DNA of 64,000 nucleotides from Flavobacteriales bacterium. Lineage in GTDB: Bacteria > Bacteroidota > Bacteroidia > JACJYZ01. How positions within the stretch are numbered: position 1 is the first letter of the stretch; each line of letters starts with the position of its first letter. Location of the stretch: positions 26,301-90,300 of the forward strand of contig JAGQZQ010000002.1 of NCBI GenBank assembly GCA_020435415.1. Direction: 5' to 3'. Below the pieces are notes generated by a model that searched no databases, had not been told where the DNA came from, and saw nothing but the letters and a program-made list of their open reading frames with translations. Both the position numbers and the translations under genes were made by a program. Shown piece by piece: positions 39,311 through 49,996 of the stretch.

Positions 39311-42300
39311 ACCTCAGTTGTAACTCCTTTGACATCCTCGTAGGCTCGGAAGTCCCCTGCGGTGAAACAACACTGTGCGCCCCTGCCGGTGCAGCATCTT
39401 ACCAATGGTCTACCGGTGAAACCACCGAATGCATCAACCCTCCGGTCACCGATGATTACTATGTAACCGTGACACCATACACGGGTGTTTCCTGTTCCGC
39501 CGTACTTGACACCTCCGTGGTCATCGGTCCGAAATCCGTGACGGCAGATTTCACTGCTACCAGCGGTTGTATTGGTGACGTGATCAACTTTACGGACAAC
39601 TCAACCGCCTCTGGAACAACATTGGATACCTGGTCATGGGACTTTGATAACAACGGTACCATAGATGATACCAACCAGAACCCAACCCACATCTACAATA
39701 CCGCCGGCACCTATACCGTAAAACTCACGGTAACAAGCCCGGATGGTTGCACCCACACCATCACACACACCGTAACGATTTCAGAATGCGGCGTTGATGT
39801 GGATCTTACCGGCGACGTCATCTGTGAAGGTGAATGCACGGACCTGGAAGCCACCATCGTATCCGGCGCAGGCCCCTTTACCTTCAGCTGGAGCCATGAC
39901 CCGTCACTTACCGGGGCCGGACCGCACCAGGTCTGCCCAACCGTAACCACCGACTATACTGTAACCATTACCAACGGCTCAGGGTTTACGGACCAGGCCA
40001 CTGCCACGGTCACTGTCAACCCGTTGCCCACGCTCACCACCTCCATGACAGGAACATCCTGCGGCGCCTGCGATGGTAGCATTACTGTTAATGCATCCGG
40101 CGCCACATCATACACCTATCAATGGAGCAGTGGTTGCTCAACTGCCACCTGCAACAACGTTTGCGCCGGGCCCTATTCTGTCACAGTAACCAGCGATGCA
40201 GGCTGCGTGTCCACAGCATCCGTTACCGTAACCAATACCAACGGACACCAGATTGAACTCGACTCAACAGATGTCGCCTGCTTTGGTGATTGCACGGGAA
40301 CTGCTACCGCCAACGTGACCGTACCCGGTACACCACCATATACCTATACCTGGTCCAATGGTGCAACAGGGAACGGAACCAGCCACACGATTACCGGATT
40401 GTGTGCCGGAACATACGATGTGACCGTCACAGATGCCTCGGGTTGTGAGGCTATCGGAAGTACATCCGTTAACGAACCACCCGCATTGGTCATCAGCCAT
40501 ACGTCGGTTAACAACCCATGCTTCGGAGATGCTTTGGGGTCAATCGACCTTACCGTCTCAGGAGGAACATCAACGTATACCTATGACTGGGACAACGACG
40601 GAACCGGTGACAATAATGACACCGAGGATTTATCCAACCTGCCGGCAGGCACTTACTCAGTTACGGTAACAGACGCCAACGGATGCACCATCACCGATCA
40701 GGTAGTGATCACCGAACCAACCCAACTTGTAGTCAGCACAGTGGTAACGAATGTTAGCTGCGGAGGGGCCGACGGAGCCATTAACCTGACCGTTTCCGGG
40801 GGTACAACGGCATACACTTTCAACTGGAGCAACACCGCAACCACCGAAGACCTGACGGGTATATCGGCGGGTATCTATACCGTAACGGTCACCGATGCGA
40901 ACGGCTGCACGATCAGCATCACCGACACAGTGATCGAACCTTCAGCCGTCGTATTGTCCGTGACCACGGTTGATAATCCGTGTTTTGGAGATCAAAGCGG
41001 AAGCATCGACCTGACCGCCAGCGGAGGCAACCCGGGATACACTTTCAATTGGAGCAATGGCTCAAATGCGGAAGACCCAACAGGTCTTGCCGCAGGGACC
41101 TATACAGTTACTGTGACGGATGCCAGTGGTTGTACGAAAACAATATCGGCTATCATTAACGAGCCTGCACCACTGGTGATCACCGGCTCCACCACCGATG
41201 AAAGCTGTGAAAACTCAAATGGAACGGCTACCATTTCTGCCTCCGGTGGCACACCAAATATTGGATACCTCTGGGATAACAATGCCACTACCTCTGCTAT
41301 ATCCGGGCTTCCTGCAGGAACCTATTGTGTCACGGCCACAGACGACAATGGATGTACCATTGACACCTGCCTGAGTCTCATCAATATTCCGGGTCCGGTT
41401 GCAGGTATCACCGGCACGAATGTTTGCCTGGGAACTCCAACGGATTTCACTGACCTGTCCACCGGAAATGTCGCTACCTGTTTGTGGGATTTCGGTGATG
41501 GCACAACCTCAACAACATGCGGAGATCAACCACATACCTATCAGGACACGGGCACCTATACGGTCATACAATGTGTTGCAGATGCAGGTGGTTGCCAGCA
41601 TTGTGACAGCACCCAGGTGAGTGTTTACCCTGCACCGGTGGTCTGCTTCAGCGACTCTCTTACCGGATGCGTACCGCTCACTCAGCAATTCACGAATTGT
41701 TCCCAGTTCACCGGTACATGCTATTGGGATTTCGGAGACGGCAGCACCTCAACCGACTGCAACCCGAGCCATGTATTTACCATACCAGGATGTTATGACA
41801 TCACCCTGACCGTCACATCACCGCAAGGGTGTGTGAGTTCACTTACCAAAGATTGTTATATCGAAGGGTATCCATGGCCAACTGCAGACTTTATCAGCAA
41901 CCCTACAGAGGTCTCCGTGCTGGACCCCATTATCGATTTCTTTGATAAGAGCACGGATGCCGTGAGCTGGGAATGGGATTTCGGCGACAGCACATCGGCT
42001 GAATTCATCCAGAACCCGAACCATACATACCAGGATACTGGCTGCTATACAGTAAGACTGATCATCGAGAACCAGTATGGCTGCATTGACACCATGTACA
42101 GGGATGTTTGTGTGAAGGACATCTCTTCCATTTATGTACCCAACGTCTTCTCTCCGAACGAAGACGGCGTCAACGACATCTTCAGACCGGTCCATTACGG
42201 TTATTGCGAACTGGAGATGTATATCTTCGATAGATGGGGCAACCTGATTTACCAGACCACCTCACTGACCGGAGGCTGGGATGGAACAGCGAATAACGGC

Positions 42301-42402
42301 CCGGATCCCGTCCAGGAAGACGTATATATCTGGCTGATCAAAGCGGTGGATTGCAATGGCGAACCATGGAAAAGAATAGGCCATGTTAGTGTTGTACGAT
42401 GA
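39160..42402 (+). CDS. C-terminal part of the same adhesin (frame B): SprB repeats, PKD domains and a gliding-motility CHU_C C-terminal domain
   Basis: Repeated ...SCGGADGAINLTVSGG...Y.F.WSN...GTYTVTVTDANGC (SprB-type) units, PKD-like GTYTV.L.VTS..GC, and C-terminal YVPNVFSPNEDGVNDIF...WDRWGNLIY (CHU_C). Confidence 0.75.
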   Translation: MGRRRCIQSVCVQELDNGICSVGCLYRSGVTFEFIVGDCSQGGHYGYGYVDLSCNSFDILVGSEVPCGETTLCAPAGAASYQWSTGETTECINPPVTDDYYVTVTPYTGVSCSAVLDTSVVIGPKSVTADFTATSGCIGDVINFTDNSTASGTTLDTWSWDFDNNGTIDDTNQNPTHIYNTAGTYTVKLTVTSPDGCTHTITHTVTISECGVDVDLTGDVICEGECTDLEATIVSGAGPFTFSWSHDPSLTGAGPHQVCPTVTTDYTVTITNGSGFTDQATATVTVNPLPTLTTSMTGTSCGACDGSITVNASGATSYTYQWSSGCSTATCNNVCAGPYSVTVTSDAGCVSTASVTVTNTNGHQIELDSTDVACFGDCTGTATANVTVPGTPPYTYTWSNGATGNGTSHTITGLCAGTYDVTVTDASGCEAIGSTSVNEPPALVISHTSVNNPCFGDALGSIDLTVSGGTSTYTYDWDNDGTGDNNDTEDLSNLPAGTYSVTVTDANGCTITDQVVITEPTQLVVSTVVTNVSCGGADGAINLTVSGGTTAYTFNWSNTATTEDLTGISAGIYTVTVTDANGCTISITDTVIEPSAVVLSVTTVDNPCFGDQSGSIDLTASGGNPGYTFNWSNGSNAEDPTGLAAGTYTVTVTDASGCTKTISAIINEPAPLVITGSTTDESCENSNGTATISASGGTPNIGYLWDNNATTSAISGLPAGTYCVTATDDNGCTIDTCLSLINIPGPVAGITGTNVCLGTPTDFTDLSTGNVATCLWDFGDGTTSTTCGDQPHTYQDTGTYTVIQCVADAGGCQHCDSTQVSVYPAPVVCFSDSLTGCVPLTQQFTNCSQFTGTCYWDFGDGSTSTDCNPSHVFTIPGCYDITLTVTSPQGCVSSLTKDCYIEGYPWPTADFISNPTEVSVLDPIIDFFDKSTDAVSWEWDFGDSTSAEFIQNPNHTYQDTGCYTVRLIIENQYGCIDTMYRDVCVKDISSIYVPNVFSPNEDGVNDIFRPVHYGYCELEMYIFDRWGNLIYQTTSLTGGWDGTANNGPDPVQEDVYIWLIKAVDCNGEPWKRIGHVSVVR

Positions 42403-42476
42403 GTTGATCGGTCATTTCCATTCGAAATATGGTTTGAATGGTTGAAAAGGAAATTTGGCAATGTCGGAAATAACAC

Positions 42477-42484
42477 TATCTTTG
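42477..42484 (+). promoter_or_regulatory. TAtcTTTG -7 promoter motif for cspA
   Basis: Exact TAnnTTTG 36 bp upstream of the ATG at 42520. Confidence 0.4.
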
Positions 42485-42519
42485 GCTCTTAACACATTTT
42501 TTAACAGTACAATACAATA

Positions 42520-42711
42520 ATGAAAAAAGGAACAGTAAAGTTCTTCAATGAAACAAAAGGTTTTGGTTTCATCAATGAAGACGAGTCAAAGAACGAATAC
42601 TTCGTACACGTATCGGGATTGATTGATGAGATCAGACAAGGTGACGTAGTGGAGTTTGAACTCAAAGAAGGAAAAAAAGGCATGAATGCAGTAAACGTGA
42701 AAGTCGTTTAA
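42520..42711 (+). CDS. cspA: Cold-shock protein (CspA family)
   Basis: 63 aa. KGTVKFFNETKGFGFI contains RNP1, and VHVSGL contains RNP2. Confidence 0.95.
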   Translation: MKKGTVKFFNETKGFGFINEDESKNEYFVHVSGLIDEIRQGDVVEFELKEGKKGMNAVNVKVV

Positions 42712-42736
42712 TCATTCTACCTTAAACTTTTAACTG

Positions 42737-42766
42737 AAGCCCGCTGGTACCAGCGGGCTTTTTTTG
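42737..42766 (+). terminator. Rho-independent terminator of cspA
   Basis: aagcccgctgg-tac-ccagcgggctt plus TTTTTTT. Confidence 0.8.
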
Positions 42767-42774
42767 TGGATGTT

Positions 42775-42980
42775 GCTAGGTGTGAGGTGGTGATTTGGTG
42801 ATGTGATGACCTGCCAGCCGAAGCGCCAGCCATTGTGATAGCAGGCTGGCCTGCCAGCCGAAGCATTAGCCATTGCGCAGGCAGGCTGGTTGGGAAATTG
42901 CTACACTTCGGGTAACGACAAGCATACGGTACGGCAACTTTAAACCTTAAACCTTAAACTTTAAACCAGAAACTAACTTT
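42775..42980. repeat. Composite intergenic repeat element, copy B: GGTGATTT octamers, two CCTGCCAGCCGAAGC REP-like hairpins, a ~40-bp core (cttcgggtaacgacaagcatacggtacggcaac) and TTTAAACC repeats
   Basis: About 88% identical to the reverse complement of 57812..58015 over ~200 bp (aligned by hand). Confidence 0.85.
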
Positions 42981-43572
42981 CCAACGACCGCCACAAATAC
43001 CAGCAACCGATGGTCCGGTAAGGTTTCCATGGGCTAGATATGCGGTTCATCGTGCGTTCGGAGGGGCCGGATTTAAAGCCGTATTGTTCCCGTATCGCCC
43101 GTTGAATGCCCACATCACCTACCGGAAGGATATCCATCCGGTTAAGGGAGAACATCAGGAACATATCTGCGGTCCAGCTTCCGATCCCTTTCAATTCAAT
43201 CAGGTTCTTTTTAACCGTCTCGTCATCCATGTTTTTCATGGCATGGAAATCCACCATCCCTTCATGCACACGTTTTGACAAGTCCAGCACCCAGCTGGCT
43301 TTGGCATTGGATAATCCGGCGGCCCGTAATTGATCCGGGGAGTATCTTAATATGTTTTGCGGATTCATATCGTGATTAATGACATCCATCATCCGTTTCC
43401 AGATGGTATCAGCAGCTTTGGTAGACAATTGCTGGGAAACGATGGCCCCAAGCAAGGAGTGGTAGGGTTCTTTAGGCTTAAGGGTATATGGTCCATGGTC
43501 ACGGATCAATTGCTTCATCACCGGATCAGCAGTAGATAAATGGTTAAGGATTTCTTCTTTCTTCATGGACAT
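42973..43572 (-). CDS. alkA: DNA-3-methyladenine glycosylase II (HhH-GPD family)
   Basis: 199 aa with a helix-hairpin-helix GPD region (LIELKGIGSWTADMFLMF...D) containing the catalytic Asp. Confidence 0.75.
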   Translation of the reverse strand: MSMKKEEILNHLSTADPVMKQLIRDHGPYTLKPKEPYHSLLGAIVSQQLSTKAADTIWKRMMDVINHDMNPQNILRYSPDQLRAAGLSNAKASWVLDLSKRVHEGMVDFHAMKNMDDETVKKNLIELKGIGSWTADMFLMFSLNRMDILPVGDVGIQRAIREQYGFKSGPSERTMNRISSPWKPYRTIGCWYLWRSLES

Positions 43573-43720
43573 TGAAATTTGATAAGGCCTTACGCGCAGC
43601 CGCCAAATTAGACAAACTCCTGTTTTTTATTTACCCCCGCACGAAAATGCGATAACTTTTCCCAACGGTATAATCCATCTGCCATAACTTGTGATCGGGG
43701 TGGGGCCTGCAGCGTCCCTC

Positions 43721-43760
43721 ACTAACTACTATCTACTATCTACTAACTACTATCTACTAA
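43721..43760. repeat. Tandem heptamer array CTACTAT/CTACTAA x5
   Basis: Read directly, in the divergent region between alkA(-) and osmC(+). Confidence 0.9.
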
Positions 43761-43794
43761 TTCGTAACTTCGGGGTTCACAAAAAAACATAACC

Positions 43795-44232
43795 ATGTCT
43801 ATCAGAAAAGCCAATGCCGTATGGAACGGCACACTCAAAGAAGGAAAAGGCACCATGGCCTTTACCGGATATAACGGTCCGTTTACTTTTGCTTCCCGTT
43901 TTGAGGAAGGCTCCGAAACCAATCCGGAAGAACTGGTGGGTGCTGCCCATGCAGGATGTTTCTCCATGTTTCTTTCCGCTTTGCTCTCTGGCGAAGGACT
44001 GAACCCTGAAAGCATTGAGACCGTTGCCAGTGTGACGCTGGAAAGAGATGATACCGGTCCGGTCATCAACCGCATTGTTCTGAACAGCAAAGTAAAATGC
44101 GAAGGACTTTCAAAGGAAAAGTTTGATGAACTGACCGCCAAAGCAAAAGCCAACTGCCCCATCTCACGTTTGTATGCCGGAAGCACGGCAGAGATTGTGC
44201 TGGAAGCAAGTTTGCAGACAGTTCTTGCGTGA
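43795..44232 (+). CDS. osmC: OsmC/Ohr family peroxiredoxin-like protein
   Basis: 145 aa with two conserved Cys (GCFSM, ANCPIS) in the OsmC pattern. Confidence 0.8.
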   Translation: MSIRKANAVWNGTLKEGKGTMAFTGYNGPFTFASRFEEGSETNPEELVGAAHAGCFSMFLSALLSGEGLNPESIETVASVTLERDDTGPVINRIVLNSKVKCEGLSKEKFDELTAKAKANCPISRLYAGSTAEIVLEASLQTVLA

Positions 44233-45884
44233 ACGGGCAGTTCACGCCAAAGTTTTTCACTTTACTAAAACAAGGCATTTCCAGAAAGCAACTGGGTATC
44301 GACGTCATGTCCGGTATCGTTGTAGGCATCGTAGCGTTGCCTCTGGCTATTGCTTTTGCCATAGCTTCGGGAGTATCACCTGAAAAAGGATTGATAACAG
44401 CGATAGTTGCCGGCCTGACTATTTCCATCTTTGGAGGCAGCAAGGTCCAGATCGGTGGTCCTACCGGAGCTTTTATAGTGATCGTATTCGGCATTGTACA
44501 GCAACACGGTGTAGGTGGCCTTATAATAGCAACGTTCCTGGCCGGTTTTCTCTTAATCGCTCTGGGGTTGGTTCGTGCAGGTAAGTACCTTCGTTTTATC
44601 CCACATCCACTGATCATTGGTTTTACCAGTGGCATAGCGGTTGTGATATTTTCTTCGCAAATCAATGAACTGTTGGGGTTAGGGATTGACCATATTCCCG
44701 CTGGATTTGTGGAAAAATGGAGATCATACACCTCGCATATAAACAGCCTCAACATCTATGCTTTGGGGATTGCTGCCGGCACTATTATTATTACCGCGAG
44801 CTTTCACAGATTGTCTCGAATGGTTCCGGGGTCTATCATCGCTATTCTCCTCTCCACAATTGCCGTTTACGTTTTCCACCTGCCTGTTGACACCATTGAA
44901 AGTCGTTTCGGTGAAATCCCGGGCAGTCTGAGTTTGCCGGTGATTCCCGAAGTAGACTTCAACACCATGGGTTCGTTAATCAGGCCCGCTATTACCATTG
45001 CATTATTAGGAGCGATCGAATCACTTTTATCGGCCGTGGTAGCAGACGGGATGATCGGGGGAAGGCACCGACCCAACATAGAGCTGGTGGCACAAGGTGG
45101 TGCCAATATCATATCGGCGATGTTTGGAGGTATCCCTGCGACAGGAGCCATTGCACGTACAGCCACCAACATAAGGAATGGAGGAAGAACCCCCGTTGCC
45201 GGGATTGTACACGCGCTTACCCTTCTGATCATCATGATAGCATTGGCTCCATACGCCAAACTCATACCACTAAGTTGTCTTGCGGGAATACTTTCAGTGG
45301 TTGCTTATAACATGAGTGAATGGCGTCAGTTCGTATCAATACTAAGGAGCCGCAACCTTGAGATACTGATCCTTCTGACTACATTTCTACTTACAATTAT
45401 TTTTGACCTTGTACTGGCTATTGAAATCGGGTTGCTGTTATCCTGTTTTCTTTTCATGAAAAGAATGAGTGATACCTTTTTGGTTCAGGGCGCAATTGTC
45501 AATCATAAAAGAGAGGATGAACTTTTCCAGCAAGAACTGAATTACCCTGCTGATAAGGTCACGTTATATGAGATTAACGGACCACTATTCTTTGGCGCTG
45601 CTCAGCAATTTGCCGATACATTGACCGACTTACGTGTCAAGCCCGGCATCATTATTCTGAGGATGCGTTATGTGCCGTTTATTGATGCAACGGGCTACCA
45701 CAGACTTAAAGAAGTTATTCGTTCTTTTGAAAAGCAAGAAACATGTGTGTTAATTTCCGGCGTAAGTGAGGAACTCATGAAAGATTTTGAAGTCAACAAC
45801 CTATTCACTTATGTCAAACAAGAAAGAGTATTTAAGGAAATTGAAGGTGCATTGAACTACGTACGGTCCGAACTAATTTGCTGA
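44229..45884 (+). CDS. SulP family anion transporter with C-terminal STAS domain
   Basis: 551 aa, multi-TM core plus STAS region. It has a 4-nt overlap with osmC. Confidence 0.85.
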   Translation: MNGQFTPKFFTLLKQGISRKQLGIDVMSGIVVGIVALPLAIAFAIASGVSPEKGLITAIVAGLTISIFGGSKVQIGGPTGAFIVIVFGIVQQHGVGGLIIATFLAGFLLIALGLVRAGKYLRFIPHPLIIGFTSGIAVVIFSSQINELLGLGIDHIPAGFVEKWRSYTSHINSLNIYALGIAAGTIIITASFHRLSRMVPGSIIAILLSTIAVYVFHLPVDTIESRFGEIPGSLSLPVIPEVDFNTMGSLIRPAITIALLGAIESLLSAVVADGMIGGRHRPNIELVAQGGANIISAMFGGIPATGAIARTATNIRNGGRTPVAGIVHALTLLIIMIALAPYAKLIPLSCLAGILSVVAYNMSEWRQFVSILRSRNLEILILLTTFLLTIIFDLVLAIEIGLLLSCFLFMKRMSDTFLVQGAIVNHKREDELFQQELNYPADKVTLYEINGPLFFGAAQQFADTLTDLRVKPGIIILRMRYVPFIDATGYHRLKEVIRSFEKQETCVLISGVSEELMKDFEVNNLFTYVKQERVFKEIEGALNYVRSELIC

Positions 45885-45976
45885 TATTTATCAAATATGA
45901 TATTCTCTTATATGGTTTTTTCACAAAGAATATCCATTTTTAGATTAATATATAGGTTAACAATATAACATAACCC

Positions 45977-46432
45977 ATGCAGGTCAAAGCAAATTCCCCG
46001 GAAGATTACATCCGGAAGATACCGGAGGAAAGACAGGCGACAATGCAAAAACTGCGGCAGGTGATCAGTGATCACTTGCCGCCGGGTTTCACCGAAACCA
46101 TGAACTATGGCATGATCGGGTATGTTGTGCCTCACTCCGTTTACCCCGATGGATACCACTGTGACCCAAAACAACCCCTGCCTTTCATGAATATCGCTTC
46201 ACAGAAGAACTATATCTCGGTATATCACATGGGATTGTATGAGGGGCCCCTGCTCGATTGGTTTAAGACCGAATATCCAAAGCACACCGGTGCCCGGCTG
46301 GATATGGGAAAATGTTGCATACGTTTCAAAAAGCCGGAACAGATACCGTTTGAACTGATCGGTACACTTGCCGGAAAGGTAACTACAGAAGAGTGGATCC
46401 GGATCTATGAAAGTCAAATCAAGAAGCAGTAA
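45977..46432 (+). CDS. DUF1801 domain protein (second copy)
   Basis: Shares the YG(M/I)IGYVVPHS pattern and the same family as 36573..36980. Confidence 0.55.
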   Translation: MQVKANSPEDYIRKIPEERQATMQKLRQVISDHLPPGFTETMNYGMIGYVVPHSVYPDGYHCDPKQPLPFMNIASQKNYISVYHMGLYEGPLLDWFKTEYPKHTGARLDMGKCCIRFKKPEQIPFELIGTLAGKVTTEEWIRIYESQIKKQ

Positions 46433-46434
46433 GA

Positions 46435-46923
46435 ATGGGAAAAATAAGCACTGAGATAAAATGGGCTTTGATTTTTGTTGTGACTTCCCTCACCTGGGTC
46501 ACAGCGGAAAAACTTGCCGGTATGCATGATGAACATATCGATGTACATATGCTCACCACTTCTTTGTTTGCCATACCGGCACTCCTTATTTATGTGCTCG
46601 CTCTTCTTGAAAAAAGAAAGAAGTCGTTCGGTGGATTCATGACCTACAAGCAGGGTTTTTTGAGTGGCATGATCATCACCCTGATCATTACCGCCCTCAG
46701 CCCGGTTAGTCAAGTGATCAAATCCCTCGTGATCACACCGGATTATTTTGCAAACATGATTCAATATACTGTGGACCACGGACTGCTGCTTCCGGAAGAT
46801 GCCGCTGCAGAATTCAATCTGACCAGATATATCAAAGGAAGCATATTCGGCGCATTTTTTATGGGTACCATTACAGCCGCAATCCTGGCGTTTTTCACCA
46901 AAAAACTACCCAACGGGCAATGA
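46435..46923 (+). CDS. DUF4199-like small membrane protein
   Basis: 162 aa with four TM helices. Confidence 0.45.
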   Translation: MGKISTEIKWALIFVVTSLTWVTAEKLAGMHDEHIDVHMLTTSLFAIPALLIYVLALLEKRKKSFGGFMTYKQGFLSGMIITLIITALSPVSQVIKSLVITPDYFANMIQYTVDHGLLLPEDAAAEFNLTRYIKGSIFGAFFMGTITAAILAFFTKKLPNGQ

Positions 46924-47408
46924 ACGACTATTCAGATATTCTGACCGATATCCGTAAGATCGTTCGCTCGGTGAACCTGGAGTCTAAAAGGATTCAAAAG
47001 GATTTCGGAATCAGCATTCCCCAACTTCTTTGCCTATCACATCTGAGTCAATGTGAAGAATTCCAATCGACCCATAAAGACCTTACACGAATTCTTCACC
47101 TCAATTCCAGCACCGTTACCGGTATTGTAAACAGACTGGAAAAGAAAGGCCTGATCGCCCGGTTACCAAAAAAGGACGACAAGCGCGTTACCAATATCGC
47201 ACTCACATCCGCCGGGTACGAAATGCTTGAAAAGACCCCTGATCTGCTGCATCAAAAACTGCTGGCCAGGATTACCGCATTGCCTGAAGAGCAGGTTCAC
47301 TCCATTAAAGCTGCCCTTCAACTGATCATCACCGCCCTTGGCGTTGAGAACCTGGACGCCTCCCCGATGCTCACCATCGAAGACAACATCACACGGGACG
47401 CTACCTAA
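46920..47408 (+). CDS. MarR family transcriptional regulator
   Basis: Winged-HTH region PQLLCLSHLSQCEE...TRILHLNSSTVTGIVNRLEKKGLIAR. Confidence 0.8.
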   Translation: MNDYSDILTDIRKIVRSVNLESKRIQKDFGISIPQLLCLSHLSQCEEFQSTHKDLTRILHLNSSTVTGIVNRLEKKGLIARLPKKDDKRVTNIALTSAGYEMLEKTPDLLHQKLLARITALPEEQVHSIKAALQLIITALGVENLDASPMLTIEDNITRDAT

Positions 47409-47642
47409 ACACATCACCCCACCTTTCCCCTTGAACCTGTCACAATAGGCTTTATCTTTCTTTTTTGTATATTTGTTGTATCGAACATATTTTTAGATTT
47501 AATATGTCTATTTTACCCTTTTAAGTTTTAATTTATTCCTAAAATAACGTAATCATCAATTTTTTTAATAGCAATATCCTTTATAAACGTTATTTTGTTT
47601 CTACACAACCTTTCAGGTCACTAACTGCAAACCCCGACCGTT

Positions 47643-49169
47643 TTGCCTGAACATAAAAGCAAACGGTCCTCTTACCACGCCATACACCACCATGTGTTCT
47701 GGCCATCCCTGGCGGTGATCATTCTGTTTATCGTGGTTACACTGCTGAATCACAAACGTACCGGCGCCTTTTTCTCCGACATACAAACCATGATCTCGGT
47801 GAATACAGGCTGGCTAATGATCCTGGTTGTAAATATCCTTCTGATATTCTGCCTCTACCTGGCATTTGGGAAGTATGCCAATATCCGGCTCGGAGGACCA
47901 CGCGCTAAACCGGAATTCTCTACATCTGCCTGGTTTGCCATGCTGTTCAGCGCCGGAATGGGTATCGGACTTTTATTCTGGAGCGTCGCAGAGCCGATCT
48001 CCCACTATGCCAATCCCCCTACCGGAACCGGAATGACACCAGCTGCCGCACAAACAGCGATGAATGTGACTTTTCTGCACTGGGGACTCCACGCATGGGG
48101 AATTTACGCACTGGTTGGACTGGCATTGGCGTACTTCACCTTTAATAGGAAGCTCCCTCTCACGATCAGTTCACTGTTTCATCCGATCCTCGGAAAACAC
48201 GTAAACGGCCCGATCGGACACATCATTGATACCCTTGCCGTCATCGCTACGCTGTTCGGATTAGCAACCTCACTCGGTTTAGGTGCCAGACAGATCAATG
48301 CCGGTTTGCATTTCCTTCTCGAAACAGAAATCAGTACCAACGTGCAGATTTTCATCATCGCCGGGACAACCCTGGTAGCTACCGCTTCCGTTGTACTAGG
48401 ACTAAAAAACGGGGTGCGGCGACTGAGCGAACTGAACATGTACCTGGCCGCCGCATTTCTCGCAGCCATGCTGTTGTTCGGTCCCACATTATTTATCATC
48501 GACTCCTTTGTTCAGAACACGGGGAGTTACATTCAACAGCTACCCCGCCTGAGCTTTTGGGCAGAAGCCTACAAACAAACCAGCTGGCAGAATGACTGGA
48601 CCATATTCTACTGGGGGTGGTGGATCGCATGGTCACCATTCGTAGGAATGTTCATCGCCCGTATATCCAAAGGACGTACCATCCGGCAATTTGTTCTTGG
48701 GGTATTGCTGGTGCCCACCCTGCTTACATTCATATGGCTGTCAACATTCGGCGGGGCCGCCCTTCATTTGCAGATCACCGGTATGGCAGACATTGTGGGC
48801 GCTGTAAACGATAATGTGGCTACAGCCCTGTTCAAACTGCTCGCCCATTACCCCTACGCCTTTATTTCCTCCACCATCGGACTTGTGCTCATTTGCAGCT
48901 TTTTTGTCACATCCTCGGACTCGGGCTCACTGGTCATCGACAGCATCACCTCGGGTGGCCGGCTGGATGCACCTGTCGGACAAAGGATCTTCTGGGCTCT
49001 CACCGAGGGCGTCGTTGCAGCCATTCTTCTGATCGGAGGCGGATTACAGGCATTACAAACCGCTTCAATTACGACCGGACTTCCTTTTGCCGTGGTGTTG
49101 CTGGTCGTTTGCTACTGCCTTTACAAAGAATTAAATAAACACGAATCACCAAAAAAACAACAACCATGA
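47643..49169 (+). CDS. BCCT family (betaine/carnitine/choline) transporter
   Basis: 508 aa, 12 TM, with conserved BCCT segments (GWWIAWSPFVGMFIARIS, WTIFYWGWW). Confidence 0.9.
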   Translation: MPEHKSKRSSYHAIHHHVFWPSLAVIILFIVVTLLNHKRTGAFFSDIQTMISVNTGWLMILVVNILLIFCLYLAFGKYANIRLGGPRAKPEFSTSAWFAMLFSAGMGIGLLFWSVAEPISHYANPPTGTGMTPAAAQTAMNVTFLHWGLHAWGIYALVGLALAYFTFNRKLPLTISSLFHPILGKHVNGPIGHIIDTLAVIATLFGLATSLGLGARQINAGLHFLLETEISTNVQIFIIAGTTLVATASVVLGLKNGVRRLSELNMYLAAAFLAAMLLFGPTLFIIDSFVQNTGSYIQQLPRLSFWAEAYKQTSWQNDWTIFYWGWWIAWSPFVGMFIARISKGRTIRQFVLGVLLVPTLLTFIWLSTFGGAALHLQITGMADIVGAVNDNVATALFKLLAHYPYAFISSTIGLVLICSFFVTSSDSGSLVIDSITSGGRLDAPVGQRIFWALTEGVVAAILLIGGGLQALQTASITTGLPFAVVLLVVCYCLYKELNKHESPKKQQP

Positions 49170-49993
49170 TGACGAAGGATTTGATGAAAGAGAAAAAGAA
49201 CCAGGATTTTGGAAATAATCCAACTGAAGTCAGGGAAACAGATCACTACAAAGACGAATACGTTCACAAGTTCGTAGAAAAGTGGGACGAACTTATCGAC
49301 TGGAAAGCCCGCGGCGAAGGCGAGGGTAAATTCTTTATTGATGAGTTAAAGAAGCGGGGTAAGCATAAGATCCTGGATGTGGCTACCGGCACCGGTTATC
49401 ATTCCGTGAAACTACTGGATGAAGGCTTTGAAGTGTGGAGTGCAGACGGAAGTCCGGTCATGCTCTCAAAAGCCTTTGAAAATGCCAGAAAACACGGTCA
49501 CCTTATGCATACCATTTATGCAGACTGGCGTTGGCTTAACAAGGATGTGCATGGTAAATTCGATGCCATCATCTGCCTTGGCAATTCTTTTACACACCTG
49601 TTCTCGGAAAACGACCGCCGCAAGGCACTGGCTGAGTTTTATTCCGCACTGAAACACGATGGGATACTCATCATCGATCACCGTAATTATGATGCCATAC
49701 TGGATAATACGGAATTCACCAACAAGCATACATTCTATTATGCCGGAGATAAGGTCAAGGCTGAACCTGAGCATGTGGATGAAGGCCTGGCCCGTTTCAG
49801 GTACGAGTTCCCCGACAAGTCGGAGTTTCATCTCAACATGTTTCCACTTCGGGAAAAATATGTGCAAAACCTGTTAAAGCAGGTGGGTTTTCAAAACATC
49901 TCCACGTACGGAGACTTTCAGGAAACATACCGTTCCGAAACACCGGACTTCTTCATACACATTGCCGAAAAATCATACAGAGAAAACGAATAG
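49166..49993 (+). CDS. Glycine/sarcosine N-methyltransferase (GSMT)
   Basis: SAM motif ILDVATGTGYHSVKLLDEGFEVWSADGSPVMLSKAFEN closely parallels characterised halophile GSMTs. It overlaps the BCCT stop (ATGA). Confidence 0.8.
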   Translation: MMTKDLMKEKKNQDFGNNPTEVRETDHYKDEYVHKFVEKWDELIDWKARGEGEGKFFIDELKKRGKHKILDVATGTGYHSVKLLDEGFEVWSADGSPVMLSKAFENARKHGHLMHTIYADWRWLNKDVHGKFDAIICLGNSFTHLFSENDRRKALAEFYSALKHDGILIIDHRNYDAILDNTEFTNKHTFYYAGDKVKAEPEHVDEGLARFRYEFPDKSEFHLNMFPLREKYVQNLLKQVGFQNISTYGDFQETYRSETPDFFIHIAEKSYRENE

Positions 49994-49996
49994 ATC